Translations under genes and position numbers: made by a program
Assembly: GCA_903893485.1 (NCBI GenBank)
Contig: CAITMK010000001.1
Location: 46,560-110,559, forward strand
DNA: 64,000 nt
DNA from: Candidatus Magasanikiibacteriota bacterium
Lineage (GTDB): Bacteria; Patescibacteriota; Patescibacteriia; Magasanikbacterales; 2-02-FULL-50-9b
Direction of reading: 5' to 3'
Shown here: one piece after another, positions 36,038-45,077 of the stretch
How positions within the stretch are numbered: position 1 is the first letter of the stretch
Layout: every line of letters starts with the position of its first letter
Notes under the pieces: generated by a model
Databases searched by the model: none
The model's input: only the letters and a program-made list of their open reading frames with translations
What the model was told of the DNA's origin: nothing

Positions 36038-36457
36038 TCAACTCGACGTTGGTGTGGGTTCATCCACCTCGATTCCGTTAGACGAAAGGTTCTCGACCAT
36101 CATCTGTAAAAATGCGATCGTGAGCAGCTGCTGAAGCATCATTCGTGCAACTATCCCAGTGAACTCATGAAGCTCCGCCTTCTGACGAACGATAAAGTCT
36201 TCATCAGAAAGCATCCGCAGCTGAATAGCCTTCCACTCATTGGCATCCAAAAGCGGTTGCAGCTGCTCCATCACCCCGAGCCCGGTCTCCGAATCCGGAA
36301 TCGCATATAACCGGTACTCGGTAAATTCCTGGTTACGAATCGCGATGTAGAACACTCCAACGAGATCCTTGAATTCATTGTAATCGAGCAGATGGCCAAT
36401 ATGACCGCATGTTTCAAGAACATACGCCGGCTTTGTGGCTGCGTCTGGTTTGCTCAT
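36038..36457 (-). CDS. Hypothetical protein (island G, gene 2 of 3)
   Basis: 139 aa. A perfect AGGAGG lies 6 nt before the ATG. No recognisable domain. Confidence 0.6.
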   Translation of the reverse strand: MSKPDAATKPAYVLETCGHIGHLLDYNEFKDLVGVFYIAIRNQEFTEYRLYAIPDSETGLGVMEQLQPLLDANEWKAIQLRMLSDEDFIVRQKAELHEFTGIVARMMLQQLLTIAFLQMMVENLSSNGIEVDEPTPTSS

Positions 36458-36467
36458 CGTGTACCTC

Positions 36468-36980
36468 CTACTTCTTCACAGCCAGAAACAAGCACAGCTC
36501 GCTCCAACCAATATTGTTGAATGAAATGTCCAACGCGCGGCCACCTGCGAGCTCGTCCAAAAACGCGTACCCCTTGAAACCGAGTATTTCCAGCTCTGTA
36601 CCGAGGCACACAACCGGGAACTGAAGTTGCATATTGCGATATTTCGCCGCAAACGCCAACAGCTCAAGCAGTGTCGCCGGTCGAAGCCCACATGCACCCA
36701 TCTCAAAAAGAGCTTCCTCGGCCGTAACAACCCGCCGAAAATAAATCACCTCGAACCGAATTGTACGCTGCCCGTACTCAAAGATGTGGCGCAGCACTTG
36801 TATGCGCGTAAATTCTGGATGCTTCCAGTCGAACGCTGCCGCCGCAATCAAATCCTTGAACAAAATCTCGTAGTCCATGCGCACCAGCGCACTTACTACC
36901 CTAAACGCCGTTGCAAGCGCGGCCGCTTTTTTTGCCAGCTTACCCAAGTCAACATCTCTCCAATCTTCAAATGTCGCCAT
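36468..36980 (-). CDS. Hypothetical protein (island G, gene 1 of 3)
   Basis: 170 aa from MATFEDWRDVD. GGGAGGG lies 4 nt before the ATG, and the stop is 10 nt before the start of gene 2. No recognisable domain. Confidence 0.6.
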   Translation of the reverse strand: MATFEDWRDVDLGKLAKKAAALATAFRVVSALVRMDYEILFKDLIAAAAFDWKHPEFTRIQVLRHIFEYGQRTIRFEVIYFRRVVTAEEALFEMGACGLRPATLLELLAFAAKYRNMQLQFPVVCLGTELEILGFKGYAFLDELAGGRALDISFNNIGWSELCLFLAVKK

Positions 36981-37007
36981 GATACCCTCCCAGAGTTTGG
37001 TACCCAA

Positions 37008-37036
37008 AAATTAGCACCAAAATAGCCACAAGTCAA
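37008..37036 (-). promoter_or_regulatory. Sigma70-like promoter of the island G operon (TTGACT-N17-TAATTT, with an extended-10 TGn)
   Basis: Read on the minus strand. Its -35 sits back-to-back with the -35 of the secE promoter (AGTCAAgaTTTGACA). Confidence 0.55.
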
Positions 37037-37039
37037 GAT

Positions 37040-37068
37040 TTGACAAATCACACCCAATTCGCTACACT
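37040..37068 (+). promoter_or_regulatory. secE-nusG-rplK promoter (TTGACA-N17-TACACT)
   Basis: Exact -35, 17-nt spacer and a good -10, about 40 nt before the secE ATG. Confidence 0.55.
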
Positions 37069-37080
37069 ATTCCTATCTGC

Positions 37081-37100
37081 GCCCCACGGGGCTCTTTTTT
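37081..37100 (+). promoter_or_regulatory. Short GC hairpin plus T-tract in the secE leader (attenuator- or terminator-like)
   Basis: GCCCC-ac-GGGGC then TCTTTTTT, ending 10 nt before the secE ATG. Confidence 0.3.
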
Positions 37101-37110
37101 AGATAAAATT

Positions 37111-37302
37111 ATGTCACCTATCGACAAGCTCGCAACGTACCTGAAAGGCGCAAACGAAGAACTGCGCAAAGTAGTTTGGCCAACAAAAGACGAAACGATT
37201 CAAGCAACCATCGTGGTTATTGCCATGAGCATTGGTTTAGCCGCTTTCTTCTGGGTCCTTGACCTCATCTTCACAAAAGCCCTTTCGTACCTTATTAAGT
37301 AA
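37111..37302 (+). CDS. secE: Preprotein translocase subunit SecE
   Basis: 63 aa with a single TM helix. The position upstream of nusG supports the call. Confidence 0.85.
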   Translation: MSPIDKLATYLKGANEELRKVVWPTKDETIQATIVVIAMSIGLAAFFWVLDLIFTKALSYLIK

Positions 37303-37303
37303 T

Positions 37304-37849
37304 ATGCCAAAACAAACCCAAGAACTTGGTCGCCGATGGTATGTGATCCACACCTACTCCGGCTACGAAGACAACGTGTCTCGCAATCTCCTTCACCGCG
37401 TCGAAACCATGGCAATGAGTGACAAAATCTTCAACGTCCTGGTTCCAACAGAAAAAAAGATCAAAATCAAAAACGGCAAACGTCACACCGTAATCGAAAA
37501 GATCTTCCCTGGCTACGTGTTCGTTGAAATGAACGTGCAAGATGACTCATGGTATGTGGTGCGCAACACACCAAACGTTACCGGCTTCGTTGGCTCAGGC
37601 AACACACCAACCCCAATCTCAGAAGCAGAAATGAAAGCCCTCCAGAAGCGTATGGGCGTGGACGAACCTAAATATCACATCGATGTTACGGTTGGTTCTG
37701 CGGTCAAAATCGTTGACGGACCATTCAAAAACCTCGATGGCAAAATTAGCGACATCGATGAGGCACGCGGCAAAATCAAGGTCCTTGTTTCCATGTTCGG
37801 ACGTGAAACTCCAGTGGAACTTGACTTTTTACAGATAAAGAAAGTATAA
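37304..37849 (+). CDS. nusG: Transcription termination/antitermination factor NusG
   Basis: [15 protein letters not shown]...[11 protein letters not shown]... (NGN domain) plus a C-terminal KOW ([15 protein letters not shown]). Confidence 0.92.
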   Translation: MPKQTQELGRRWYVIHTYSGYEDNVSRNLLHRVETMAMSDKIFNVLVPTEKKIKIKNGKRHTVIEKIFPGYVFVEMNVQDDSWYVVRNTPNVTGFVGSGNTPTPISEAEMKALQKRMGVDEPKYHIDVTVGSAVKIVDGPFKNLDGKISDIDEARGKIKVLVSMFGRETPVELDFLQIKKV

Positions 37850-37859
37850 TCCTGCCACT

Positions 37860-38282
37860 ATGGCTAAAAAGATCAAAACCGTTATCAAATTGCAGATTCC
37901 AGGCGGCGCAGCTACCCCAGCACCTCCAGTAGGTCCAGCTTTGGGTCAGCATGGCTTAAACATCCAGGAATTTGTTACCAAATTCAATGCAGCAACTGCA
38001 GATCGCCGTGGCGAAACTGCTCCTTGCGAAATCACTGTTTACGATGATCGTACTTTTACTTTCATCCTCAAAACTCCTCCAGCTTCTGACCTTATCAAAA
38101 AGGCAGCAAAAATCACTTCTGGCTCTAAAAAGGCTCCAGGTGACAAAGTTGGCCGCATTACCAAAGCTCAGGCCTTGGAAATTGCAGCTCGCAAGATGCC
38201 AGACCTTAACACCACTAATCCAGAAGCAGCAGCTCGCATGATTGCTGGTACTGCTCGCCAGATGGGTGTAGATGTTATCTAA
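37860..38282 (+). CDS. rplK: 50S ribosomal protein L11
   Basis: [44 protein letters not shown]. Confidence 0.95.
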   Translation: MAKKIKTVIKLQIPGGAATPAPPVGPALGQHGLNIQEFVTKFNAATADRRGETAPCEITVYDDRTFTFILKTPPASDLIKKAAKITSGSKKAPGDKVGRITKAQALEIAARKMPDLNTTNPEAAARMIAGTARQMGVDVI

Positions 38283-38295
38283 TCTCACGCAAAAT

Positions 38296-38325
38296 TAAAA
38301 ACCGCCCTTCGGGGCGGTTTTTTGT
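38296..38325. terminator. Bidirectional Rho-independent terminator after rplK
   Basis: AAAAA-CCGCCC-TTCG-GGGCGG-TTTTTTG. It also terminates the convergent island H gene. Confidence 0.85.
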
Positions 38326-38387
38326 TGCAAAAAAAAGACGCCAGTTGGTATCAGTAGCGCGCAGCCACCGACATACCTTCTGACGTT

Positions 38388-39066
38388 TCACTTCCTGAAC
38401 AAGGCCCGCAGCACGCTCAGCGAAAATTCGAATCGAATCACGCGCAAGTCGCCGTCCGCCAATTCAAGATGTTTCTTCATGGCGCTGTGCGAGGACATGG
38501 TCCGCGCCTGTTCGTAGACCTCAATCGCAGTACCCGGCGGAAACAGATTGATCTGATCGACCGAGGTAACACGCTGCGAAAACGCGGTCGGCGCCTCGCT
38601 GCCCGCTCCCTGCACCTCCACGAAATGCGTGTAGTGCTGACGAACACGTGTCTGACCACCAAACGGTGCCGCAATAACCCCATGCCCCTTTACTGGTAGC
38701 GCAAGCTCATGATACGGGCCGGAAGCGTCGGTAGCACCCGGCCGCAGTTGCTGCCGAAGCACCCAACGATGTTTGCCGCCGTCAACATCAGACCACCAGA
38801 TCACCAGCGTCGCGTCAGCCATGAGGCTGAGCACCGCGCGATCCCCTCTACGAATCGCGATGCCCGCGAGCAGTCCACCGGCGAACGGTGTCATGCACAC
38901 GACACCACTTTCCGGCGTAACGGACATACTTTCGCGACTAAGCCCGACGCTTTTCAGCGCTTGGATTGCAGGCAATGTCACCCGACCATCCAAGCACTCA
39001 AACAGCAGGTCTTTGGGTTTCTTCACAGATACCGGCGGCTCCTCGAGCCGAATGTCTGACTGGCAC
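38388..39066 (-). CDS. Hypothetical protein, GC-rich island H
   Basis: About 225 aa, MCQSDIRLEEPP... AGGAGG lies 6 nt before the ATG. GC-rich. No recognisable domain. Confidence 0.55.
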
Positions 39067-39094
39067 ATGGCCAACCTCCTTCGAAATGTGGTTT

Positions 39095-39139
39095 AAGATA
39101 ACAAAAGAGCACCGCCAACAATATCAAATTGTTGGCGGT
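39095..39139 (-). terminator. thrS Rho-independent terminator (12-bp perfect palindrome)
   Basis: On the minus strand, ACCGCCAACAAT-ttgat-ATTGTTGGCGGT is followed by GCTCTTTTGTTATCTT, 15 nt after the thrS stop. The same span also reads as TTGACA-N17-TATTGT, which could drive the downstream island H gene. Confidence 0.75.
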
Positions 39140-39160
39140 TTGTCAATAGTAGCTCTTAAA

Positions 39161-40969
39161 TTATGCTGAACGCTCTGAGGAAACCTTTACGGCGTATTCA
39201 ATAAATTCGTCCGCGGACAAAATAAGCGGCTCTTTTACACCACGAACACGGATCTGAAGCGCACCGCCGTCAACTTCTTTTTGACCAAACACAATAGAAA
39301 GTGGGATTTTTTCGGTTTCTGATTTGCGAACTTTCGCACCAATTGTTCCGGCGTCCGCGTCCATTTCAGCGCGAATTCCCGCGGCCCGCAAACGACGAAC
39401 AAATAACATTGCCGCGTCTGCAAACGCATCTGAAACTGGCAGTAAGCGTACCTGCACCGGAGCAAGCCAAATTGGAAACGCGCCCGCGAAATGCTCGATT
39501 GCAATACTAATAAATCGCTCAAACGAACCCATGATCGCGCAATGGATCATGACGATTTGTTCTTTTTCGCTCTGCTCGTTAACACAGGTCAAACCAAAAC
39601 TCTTTGGCTGGTTAAAATCCAATTGAATCGTTGCCACCTGCCATGAACGGCCAAGTGAATCTTTTGCCATGAAATCAATCTTTGGACCGTAAAAAGCTGC
39701 TTCGCCTGGACCATCGGTCCACTCGACCTTCTTTTCGCTCAAAATATCACGAAGTGCCTGCTCTGCCTTATCCCAATCTTCTGCAGCGCCCAAATATTTT
39801 TCTGGCGCTGCAGAATCACGGCGTGACAAACGTGGCACCAACGTAAAACCAAACGCGTTATAAAAAGTCTGAATAATATTCCACACAATTTCAGCCTCTT
39901 GGCCGATTTGCGACACGCGGCAAAATACATGCGCATCATCTTGTGTAATCGAAAGCACACGTGACAAGCCCGACAATTCACCAGATTGCTCATCGCGATA
40001 CACCATGGTGGTTTCGGCGTAACGAATCGGCAAATCGCGATATGAACGCTGTTCGCTTGCATAAATCTGCGTGTGATGTGGGCAGTTCATCGGCTTCATT
40101 GCAAACAAATGATCTTCACGCGTTTTGATTTTAAACAAATCCTCAGCGTATTTTGCCCAATGGCCAGATGTTTCGTATAAATCTTTTTTGGTAATGTGAG
40201 GAATGGTCACACGCTGATAATCGTATGCCTTGCGGAGGCTCCACACAAAATCATTCAATGTTTCGCGGAGCATGGTTCCCTTTGGTGTCCAAAGCGGCAA
40301 GCCCGGACCAACCAAATCGGAAAACACAAACAAACCCATTTCCTTGCCCAATTTACGATGGTCGCGCTTTTCAGCTTCTTCTTGCCAACGCAAAAATTCG
40401 TCCAACTCCGTTTGTGTTGCAAAAGCCAAACCATACACGCGAGTGAGCTGATCGTTTTCTGAATTGCCACGCCAATACGCGCCAGCAATTTTATTCAATT
40501 TAAATGCACCAATTTTGCCCGTGTCAGTTACGTGTGGTCCGCGGCACAAATCAACAAATTCGCCAGTTTCATAAACACTCGCAACCAATGGTTTTTCTGG
40601 ATCAAAATCCTGCAATTCTTCTTCTTTCAAATTTGTGGTGCCACGAGTTTTCAAATCGCGAAGCAATTCAACTTTATATGTTTGCCCGCGGCCAGCAAAA
40701 AATTCAATCGCTTCATCGATTGGCATTTCGCGGCGCGTAAATGGCAATTTGCGTCCAGCCAATTCGCGCATTTTGTTTTCGATCATTTCAAAATCTTCGG
40801 CGCTTAACGTTTTTGGAGTTTTAACATCGTAATAAAATCCATTTTCAATAACTGGGCCAACACCAAACTGTGTTCCTGGATATAATTCATTTAAAGCAGC
40901 CGCAAGCAAATGCGCGGTTGAATGGCGCATTGCATCAATTTCGGTAAATTCGTGAATATGTTTTGCCAT
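39161..40969 (-). CDS. thrS: Threonyl-tRNA synthetase
   Basis: 602 aa with class II aaRS motifs and a C-terminal anticodon-binding domain. Full-length conservation. Confidence 0.93.
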   Translation of the reverse strand: MAKHIHEFTEIDAMRHSTAHLLAAALNELYPGTQFGVGPVIENGFYYDVKTPKTLSAEDFEMIENKMRELAGRKLPFTRREMPIDEAIEFFAGRGQTYKVELLRDLKTRGTTNLKEEELQDFDPEKPLVASVYETGEFVDLCRGPHVTDTGKIGAFKLNKIAGAYWRGNSENDQLTRVYGLAFATQTELDEFLRWQEEAEKRDHRKLGKEMGLFVFSDLVGPGLPLWTPKGTMLRETLNDFVWSLRKAYDYQRVTIPHITKKDLYETSGHWAKYAEDLFKIKTREDHLFAMKPMNCPHHTQIYASEQRSYRDLPIRYAETTMVYRDEQSGELSGLSRVLSITQDDAHVFCRVSQIGQEAEIVWNIIQTFYNAFGFTLVPRLSRRDSAAPEKYLGAAEDWDKAEQALRDILSEKKVEWTDGPGEAAFYGPKIDFMAKDSLGRSWQVATIQLDFNQPKSFGLTCVNEQSEKEQIVMIHCAIMGSFERFISIAIEHFAGAFPIWLAPVQVRLLPVSDAFADAAMLFVRRLRAAGIRAEMDADAGTIGAKVRKSETEKIPLSIVFGQKEVDGGALQIRVRGVKEPLILSADEFIEYAVKVSSERSA

Positions 40970-40970
40970 A

Positions 40971-41000
40971 GAAGATAAAAAAGGCCCTCGCGGGGCCTTT
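40971..41000 (-). terminator. Rho-independent terminator downstream of the 41033 gene
   Basis: On the minus strand, AAAGGCCC-cgcga-GGGCCTTT is followed by TTTATCTTC. Confidence 0.7.
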
Positions 41001-41032
41001 ACTATACTGAATTATGTATTTTTGCGCAAGGA

Positions 41033-41896
41033 TTATAAGCGCTCATCAAGTGGAGATTTTGTGGGCTGCACTCGATTCTGATCTGCCATACGTTTGAGCA
41101 CGGCCATTGGATCTTCAGCTTGTGGCGCAACTACCGGAGCGGGCGGTTGCTGCACAGGTTGCCCTATATATTGTGGTGGTGGCTGAGTTGGTATTGGCGG
41201 CATCACAGGCTGATTATTCATCGGCGCAACTGGCATCTGACCAGATCCATATTGCTCTGGCCCGCCATAACCAGGGGCATATCCGGGTTGTCCCGTCCAA
41301 GGCATTTGTGGCGGTGCAAACCGTGGATCTGGATTATAATTTGGACCATACACGCCCGGTGTATTTACTGGGTGATACTGTGGCGCACCAGAATAAACAT
41401 AGCCTGGAGGTGCCATTTGTGGCTGCGGGTATCCTCTCATATTTGGTGGTGGTGGCGGCATTGGCCCACCATATCCCATATTTGAACCACCCATCCCCAT
41501 GCCACTATAACGTGGACTGCCATCTGGCCAAACAGCCTGCCCTGGCATCGCTGCTCGACCGGTGCCGCCGACCATACGCATCTGAGGCATGTTTACACCA
41601 ACTCCACCAGAAACATAAACATTAATTCCCGGATTTGCCTCGGCTTCAGCTGGATGAATTGCGTTTAAAGCGCTTAAAGCACCCGCAGCTAAAAGTGCAT
41701 TACGAACTGATCGTGATGCATGCGAACCGGTCATGCGGAATTTAGCAAAAATTCGACTCAACACATGTGGATTTTCTGCACGTAAAGTTGTCGCAGCTTC
41801 GCTCGCACGCTGTTTTGTATAAACTTCTACACCACTTAACCCATGAGCAGCGCGATCTTCTGGTCTTGGCGCCCAATTATGTTTATCCATGTTCAT
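41033..41896 (-). CDS. Pro/Gly/Tyr/Gln-rich low-complexity protein
   Basis: 287 aa. The N-terminal ~55 aa precede an internal signal-peptide-like segment (RSVRNALLAAGALSALNAIHPAEA). The remainder is PG-rich repeats (GYGGPMPPPPPNMRGYPQPQMAPPGYVYSGAPQYH...). There is a 1-nt gap to the upstream gene. Confidence 0.5.
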   Translation of the reverse strand: MNMDKHNWAPRPEDRAAHGLSGVEVYTKQRASEAATTLRAENPHVLSRIFAKFRMTGSHASRSVRNALLAAGALSALNAIHPAEAEANPGINVYVSGGVGVNMPQMRMVGGTGRAAMPGQAVWPDGSPRYSGMGMGGSNMGYGGPMPPPPPNMRGYPQPQMAPPGYVYSGAPQYHPVNTPGVYGPNYNPDPRFAPPQMPWTGQPGYAPGYGGPEQYGSGQMPVAPMNNQPVMPPIPTQPPPQYIGQPVQQPPAPVVAPQAEDPMAVLKRMADQNRVQPTKSPLDERL

Positions 41897-41897
41897 A

Positions 41898-42197
41898 TTA
41901 TTTTTTCTGAGTTGCTAAAAATTGCTCCCGAAAAGACTCGCGTGATTCTGCCAAAATTGCATCCCCCGCGCCAACATGTGAACGTACAAACTCGATGATT
42001 GCGTCTTGATCCGGGTCATCGCGCATAAAATCCTCAAGATTATTAAACTCGGTCTGAGGCAACTTATCAAGCAAATTAAGCACAAAAAGTTGCTTAAGCT
42101 GCAGTTCCAAATCTGCAATCAGCTCTTCGTGCTGATCTGGCGCTAATTCAATAGCACTTTCGGCCAAAAGACCCTCGACAAAAGAACGTTCATCCAT
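41898..42197 (-). CDS. Small acidic hypothetical protein
   Basis: 99 aa, highly acidic. Co-oriented with 41033..41896 with a 1-nt gap. Confidence 0.45.
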   Translation of the reverse strand: MDERSFVEGLLAESAIELAPDQHEELIADLELQLKQLFVLNLLDKLPQTEFNNLEDFMRDDPDQDAIIEFVRSHVGAGDAILAESRESFREQFLATQKK

Positions 42198-42324
42198 ACG
42201 ATTTCAAATAATGTAGCTAAAGTATATCACACTTGACGAAACACACCGTAAATGATATCCTGTGGACACTTCATTCATGTGGGAGACTGGCCTTGGCCGT
42301 CGCTAACCACGTAACAAAATCACT

Positions 42325-43011
42325 ATGGCACACGTTGGAAAAACGTACGCAGCAGCAGCTTCATTGATCGACAAGAAAAAAACGTATCCTTTAGACGAAG
42401 CAATCGCTTTGATTGAAAAGTTCCCAAAGCGTTCATTCGACGAATCAATTGAATTGCACATGCACTTGGGCATTGACCCAAAAAAAGGTGATCAGCAGGT
42501 TCGCGGTACATTTGTACTCGCTCACTCAGCTGGTAAACAGAAGCGCATTATCGCTTTTGTAAACTCTTCAGAAGAAAAGGAAGCGAAAGACGCTGGCGCT
42601 GACATTGTTGGCGGCGAAGAATTGATTGAAGAAATCATCAAAACTGGTAAATTGGACTTCGACATCGCCGTTGCAACTCCATCAATGATGCCTAAGCTTT
42701 CAAAGCTTGCTAAAACTTTGGGGCCAAAAGGTTTAATGCCTAACCCAAAAACAGACACCGTTTCACCAAACGTAACCAAAATGATCTCGGAACTTCGCCG
42801 TGGTAAGGTTGCTTTCAAAAACGATGACACTGGCAACATGCACCTCCCTGTTGCAAAACGTTCACAGACAACAGAACAGCTCAAAGAAAACTTGACGATC
42901 GCAATTGACGCCGTAAAACGCGCAAAGCCTGCATCATCAAAAGGTACTTACATTGCAAGTGCGTTTCTTACCACTTCAATGGGTCCAAGCGTAAAGATCA
43001 ACTTGGCATAA
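42325..43011 (+). CDS. rplA: 50S ribosomal protein L1
   Basis: MAHVGKTYAAAASLIDKKKTYPLDEAIALIEKFPKRSFDESIELHMHLGIDPKKGDQQVRGTFVLAHSAG... Confidence 0.93.
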   Translation: MAHVGKTYAAAASLIDKKKTYPLDEAIALIEKFPKRSFDESIELHMHLGIDPKKGDQQVRGTFVLAHSAGKQKRIIAFVNSSEEKEAKDAGADIVGGEELIEEIIKTGKLDFDIAVATPSMMPKLSKLAKTLGPKGLMPNPKTDTVSPNVTKMISELRRGKVAFKNDDTGNMHLPVAKRSQTTEQLKENLTIAIDAVKRAKPASSKGTYIASAFLTTSMGPSVKINLA

Positions 43012-43020
43012 TCGCCAAAC

Positions 43021-43052
43021 AAAAAAGCCTCCGGGAAACCGGAGGCTTTTTT
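43021..43052. terminator. Bidirectional Rho-independent terminator after rplA
   Basis: AAAAAA-GCCTCCGG-GAAA-CCGGAGGC-TTTTTT. Confidence 0.9.
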
Positions 43053-43062
43053 AATTCAGCTT

Positions 43063-43761
43063 TTAGCGCTGAACCATCGAGATGTTAGAAACTTGGATCG
43101 AAGCATCTTCGGTGTAGAAACCATATTTGCCGTCGGCTGTTAACACGTCCTTTGCAGACATGGTGTACTGCATGGTTTTTTTGCCGTTAATCGTCATGGT
43201 GATCACATTATTCGCTACATCAAGTGTAACGTTATAATTGGTGTTGATCGGAAACATATCTTGGCCAAAGTTTGAGGTATACAAGAAATCTTGCTTGTTA
43301 TTCAAAAGCGATTCACCCATTTCAACACCGTAACCAGCTGGTTTCAAAATAATATATTTGAAAGCGCCGGTATCTTTGTAGCCAAAAACCAACCAACCAA
43401 CTTCCCATGCATTTGGCGCAGATCCGGTACGGAGCTGGCTTACTGTTTTCATGGTGTAATTCAGCTGGAATGGCTGATGAACACTAACGTTACTCACGGT
43501 TAATGCAGAATGGGTTTCGCCAGGCTGCGTTGATGCCATTGGCGCCATTGCAAGCATTTGAGTTGCCGGATTCCATGTAACAGAGCCGTAACCATCAAAA
43601 ATAGTAGTGCCACCCCAATTTGCAGTGCTTGCTTGCACCTGCGTTTGTGCCGGTGTTTTTGTTTTAATTTTTACCTTTGTCTTAGCCAACGCAAAACCCT
43701 GTGGCAAAACTACCACAAAAACCGCTAACATTGCGCCCGCTAAAAGGTTATATTTTTTCAT
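43063..43761 (-). CDS. Secreted hypothetical protein, possibly a jelly-roll/lectin-like fold
   Basis: 232 aa. Signal peptide MKKYNLLAGAMLAVFVVVLPQGFALA, then a beta-rich region. No confident family. Confidence 0.5.
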   Translation of the reverse strand: MKKYNLLAGAMLAVFVVVLPQGFALAKTKVKIKTKTPAQTQVQASTANWGGTTIFDGYGSVTWNPATQMLAMAPMASTQPGETHSALTVSNVSVHQPFQLNYTMKTVSQLRTGSAPNAWEVGWLVFGYKDTGAFKYIILKPAGYGVEMGESLLNNKQDFLYTSNFGQDMFPINTNYNVTLDVANNVITMTINGKKTMQYTMSAKDVLTADGKYGFYTEDASIQVSNISMVQR

Positions 43762-43802
43762 AGAATTACGAAAAGTAATACCTTATTATTACCACAAAAT
43801 CG

Positions 43803-44243
43803 CTATTTTGTCAATGCTGCAATCGCCAAAGCAATATTCGGTGCGCAATCGGCTGGCAAATTGGCAATATCATGCCACGCCCATTCGCGAACTTCTGCGT
43901 CAGGCGTAATTTCCCCGCCGATAATTTTGGCTACATAATGTATCAAAATCACCCATTCACGCACCCCATTTTTAGTGCGTTCAAATTGCAAAACCGCCGG
44001 ATCGCCAGACAATTCAACATCCACACCTAATTCTTCTTTCACTTCGCGAATTGCATTTGCGCGCGGTGAATTATCGTCGAATAATCGACCACCTGGAAAT
44101 TTCCAAAACGTGTCGTCACCATGTTTTACCAGCGCAACTTTGCCATCCTGAATAATCACAGGCCCGGTTGCAATCGTCAGTGCCATTGGTTCACCCGCCG
44201 GCGTAACACTTGGATACGAATAGTATTCAATCATATAAATCAC
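43803..44243 (-). CDS. NUDIX hydrolase
   Basis: The Nudix box is GGRLFDDNSPRANAIREVKEELGV. Confidence 0.85.
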   Translation of the reverse strand: MIYMIEYYSYPSVTPAGEPMALTIATGPVIIQDGKVALVKHGDDTFWKFPGGRLFDDNSPRANAIREVKEELGVDVELSGDPAVLQFERTKNGVREWVILIHYVAKIIGGEITPDAEVREWAWHDIANLPADCAPNIALAIAALTK

Positions 44244-44309
44244 TGTATCAAAAAAATAACCTCCGGGCCAGCGCGAACGCTAACACCGAAGGGTTACTGC
44301 TCGCGAGGG

Positions 44310-44936
44310 TTATCCCGCGGCGTGTGGCTCATCCACCAAAGAGACGGAAAACGGCAGCCACTGCGCAAGCGCGGCGCTCAGCTCAAGCCGAAACGCACCT
44401 TCGCCAATCATTCCGGACAATTCGATGAGTTTTCCATGCCAATTCACAAACGCCTGTACTTGTTCACGATCATGCACGTCGCTGAACTCGACACGAATCT
44501 TGTATAGAATCTGCGTTGGCCTCTGTCCACGGTTGTGTGCCACATGACACATTTGAAAATCCATTACTGGATCCACCGTGAAGATGCGCTGCATATCCCG
44601 CGAATGCACGCCTGGCGGCGGCACATAAACATCCAGCGACGGATAATACGGAAGCCACCAGAAACTGCGGTTCGGTGAAAGATCCTTTGGCAGAACAATA
44701 ACCAGTGTTCCACGCGCCTTGAGCCCGTCGGAGACGTGTGATGCAAGAAGAAAGCAGACTCCGGCAACGAGCAGCATGATCACTGTCGGTACTACTGCCG
44801 GAAAAAGTGGGTACGCCAACGCAAGCGCCACAAAGAGGATGCAGCCACCAGAAGAGTTCAGAAGATAAAGCAATCGCCGACTCGCAGGCGGAGCAACCTT
44901 CGCCAGACAAGGAAGTTTATTCGTAGAATCCGACAT
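44310..44936 (-). CDS. Hypothetical membrane protein, GC-rich island I
   Basis: About 208 aa from MSDSTNK, with two N-terminal TM helices. GGGAG lies 6 nt upstream. The ORF track extends to 44981. GC-rich. Confidence 0.5.
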   Translation of the reverse strand: MSDSTNKLPCLAKVAPPASRRLLYLLNSSGGCILFVALALAYPLFPAVVPTVIMLLVAGVCFLLASHVSDGLKARGTLVIVLPKDLSPNRSFWWLPYYPSLDVYVPPPGVHSRDMQRIFTVDPVMDFQMCHVAHNRGQRPTQILYKIRVEFSDVHDREQVQAFVNWHGKLIELSGMIGEGAFRLELSAALAQWLPFSVSLVDEPHAAG

Positions 44937-44985
44937 GACCGACTCCCATAGCTCACTTGGAGCACGTCCTTCATTGGACATTACA

Positions 44986-45014
44986 GGTATACCAGCCTAT
45001 GGCCATAGTGTCAA
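44986..45014 (-). promoter_or_regulatory. Sigma70-like promoter for island I (TTGACA-N17-TATACC), with the perfect palindrome CTATGGCCATAG in the spacer
   Basis: Read on the minus strand. The 12-bp palindrome fills most of the spacer and could be an operator. Confidence 0.45.
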
Positions 45015-45077
45015 AATAGGATCAAAGACTACAATCACTTGCGAGTATCAAAACTTTCCTTTACAATGCTTCCAACT

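Noticed and set aside
35245-36081. A 278-aa plus-strand ORF, and 36627..37025 on the plus strand, across island G
   Set aside because: They are antisense to three minus-strand ORFs that each have strong SD sequences and tight spacing. High-GC DNA generates long spurious open frames, and these have no RBS.
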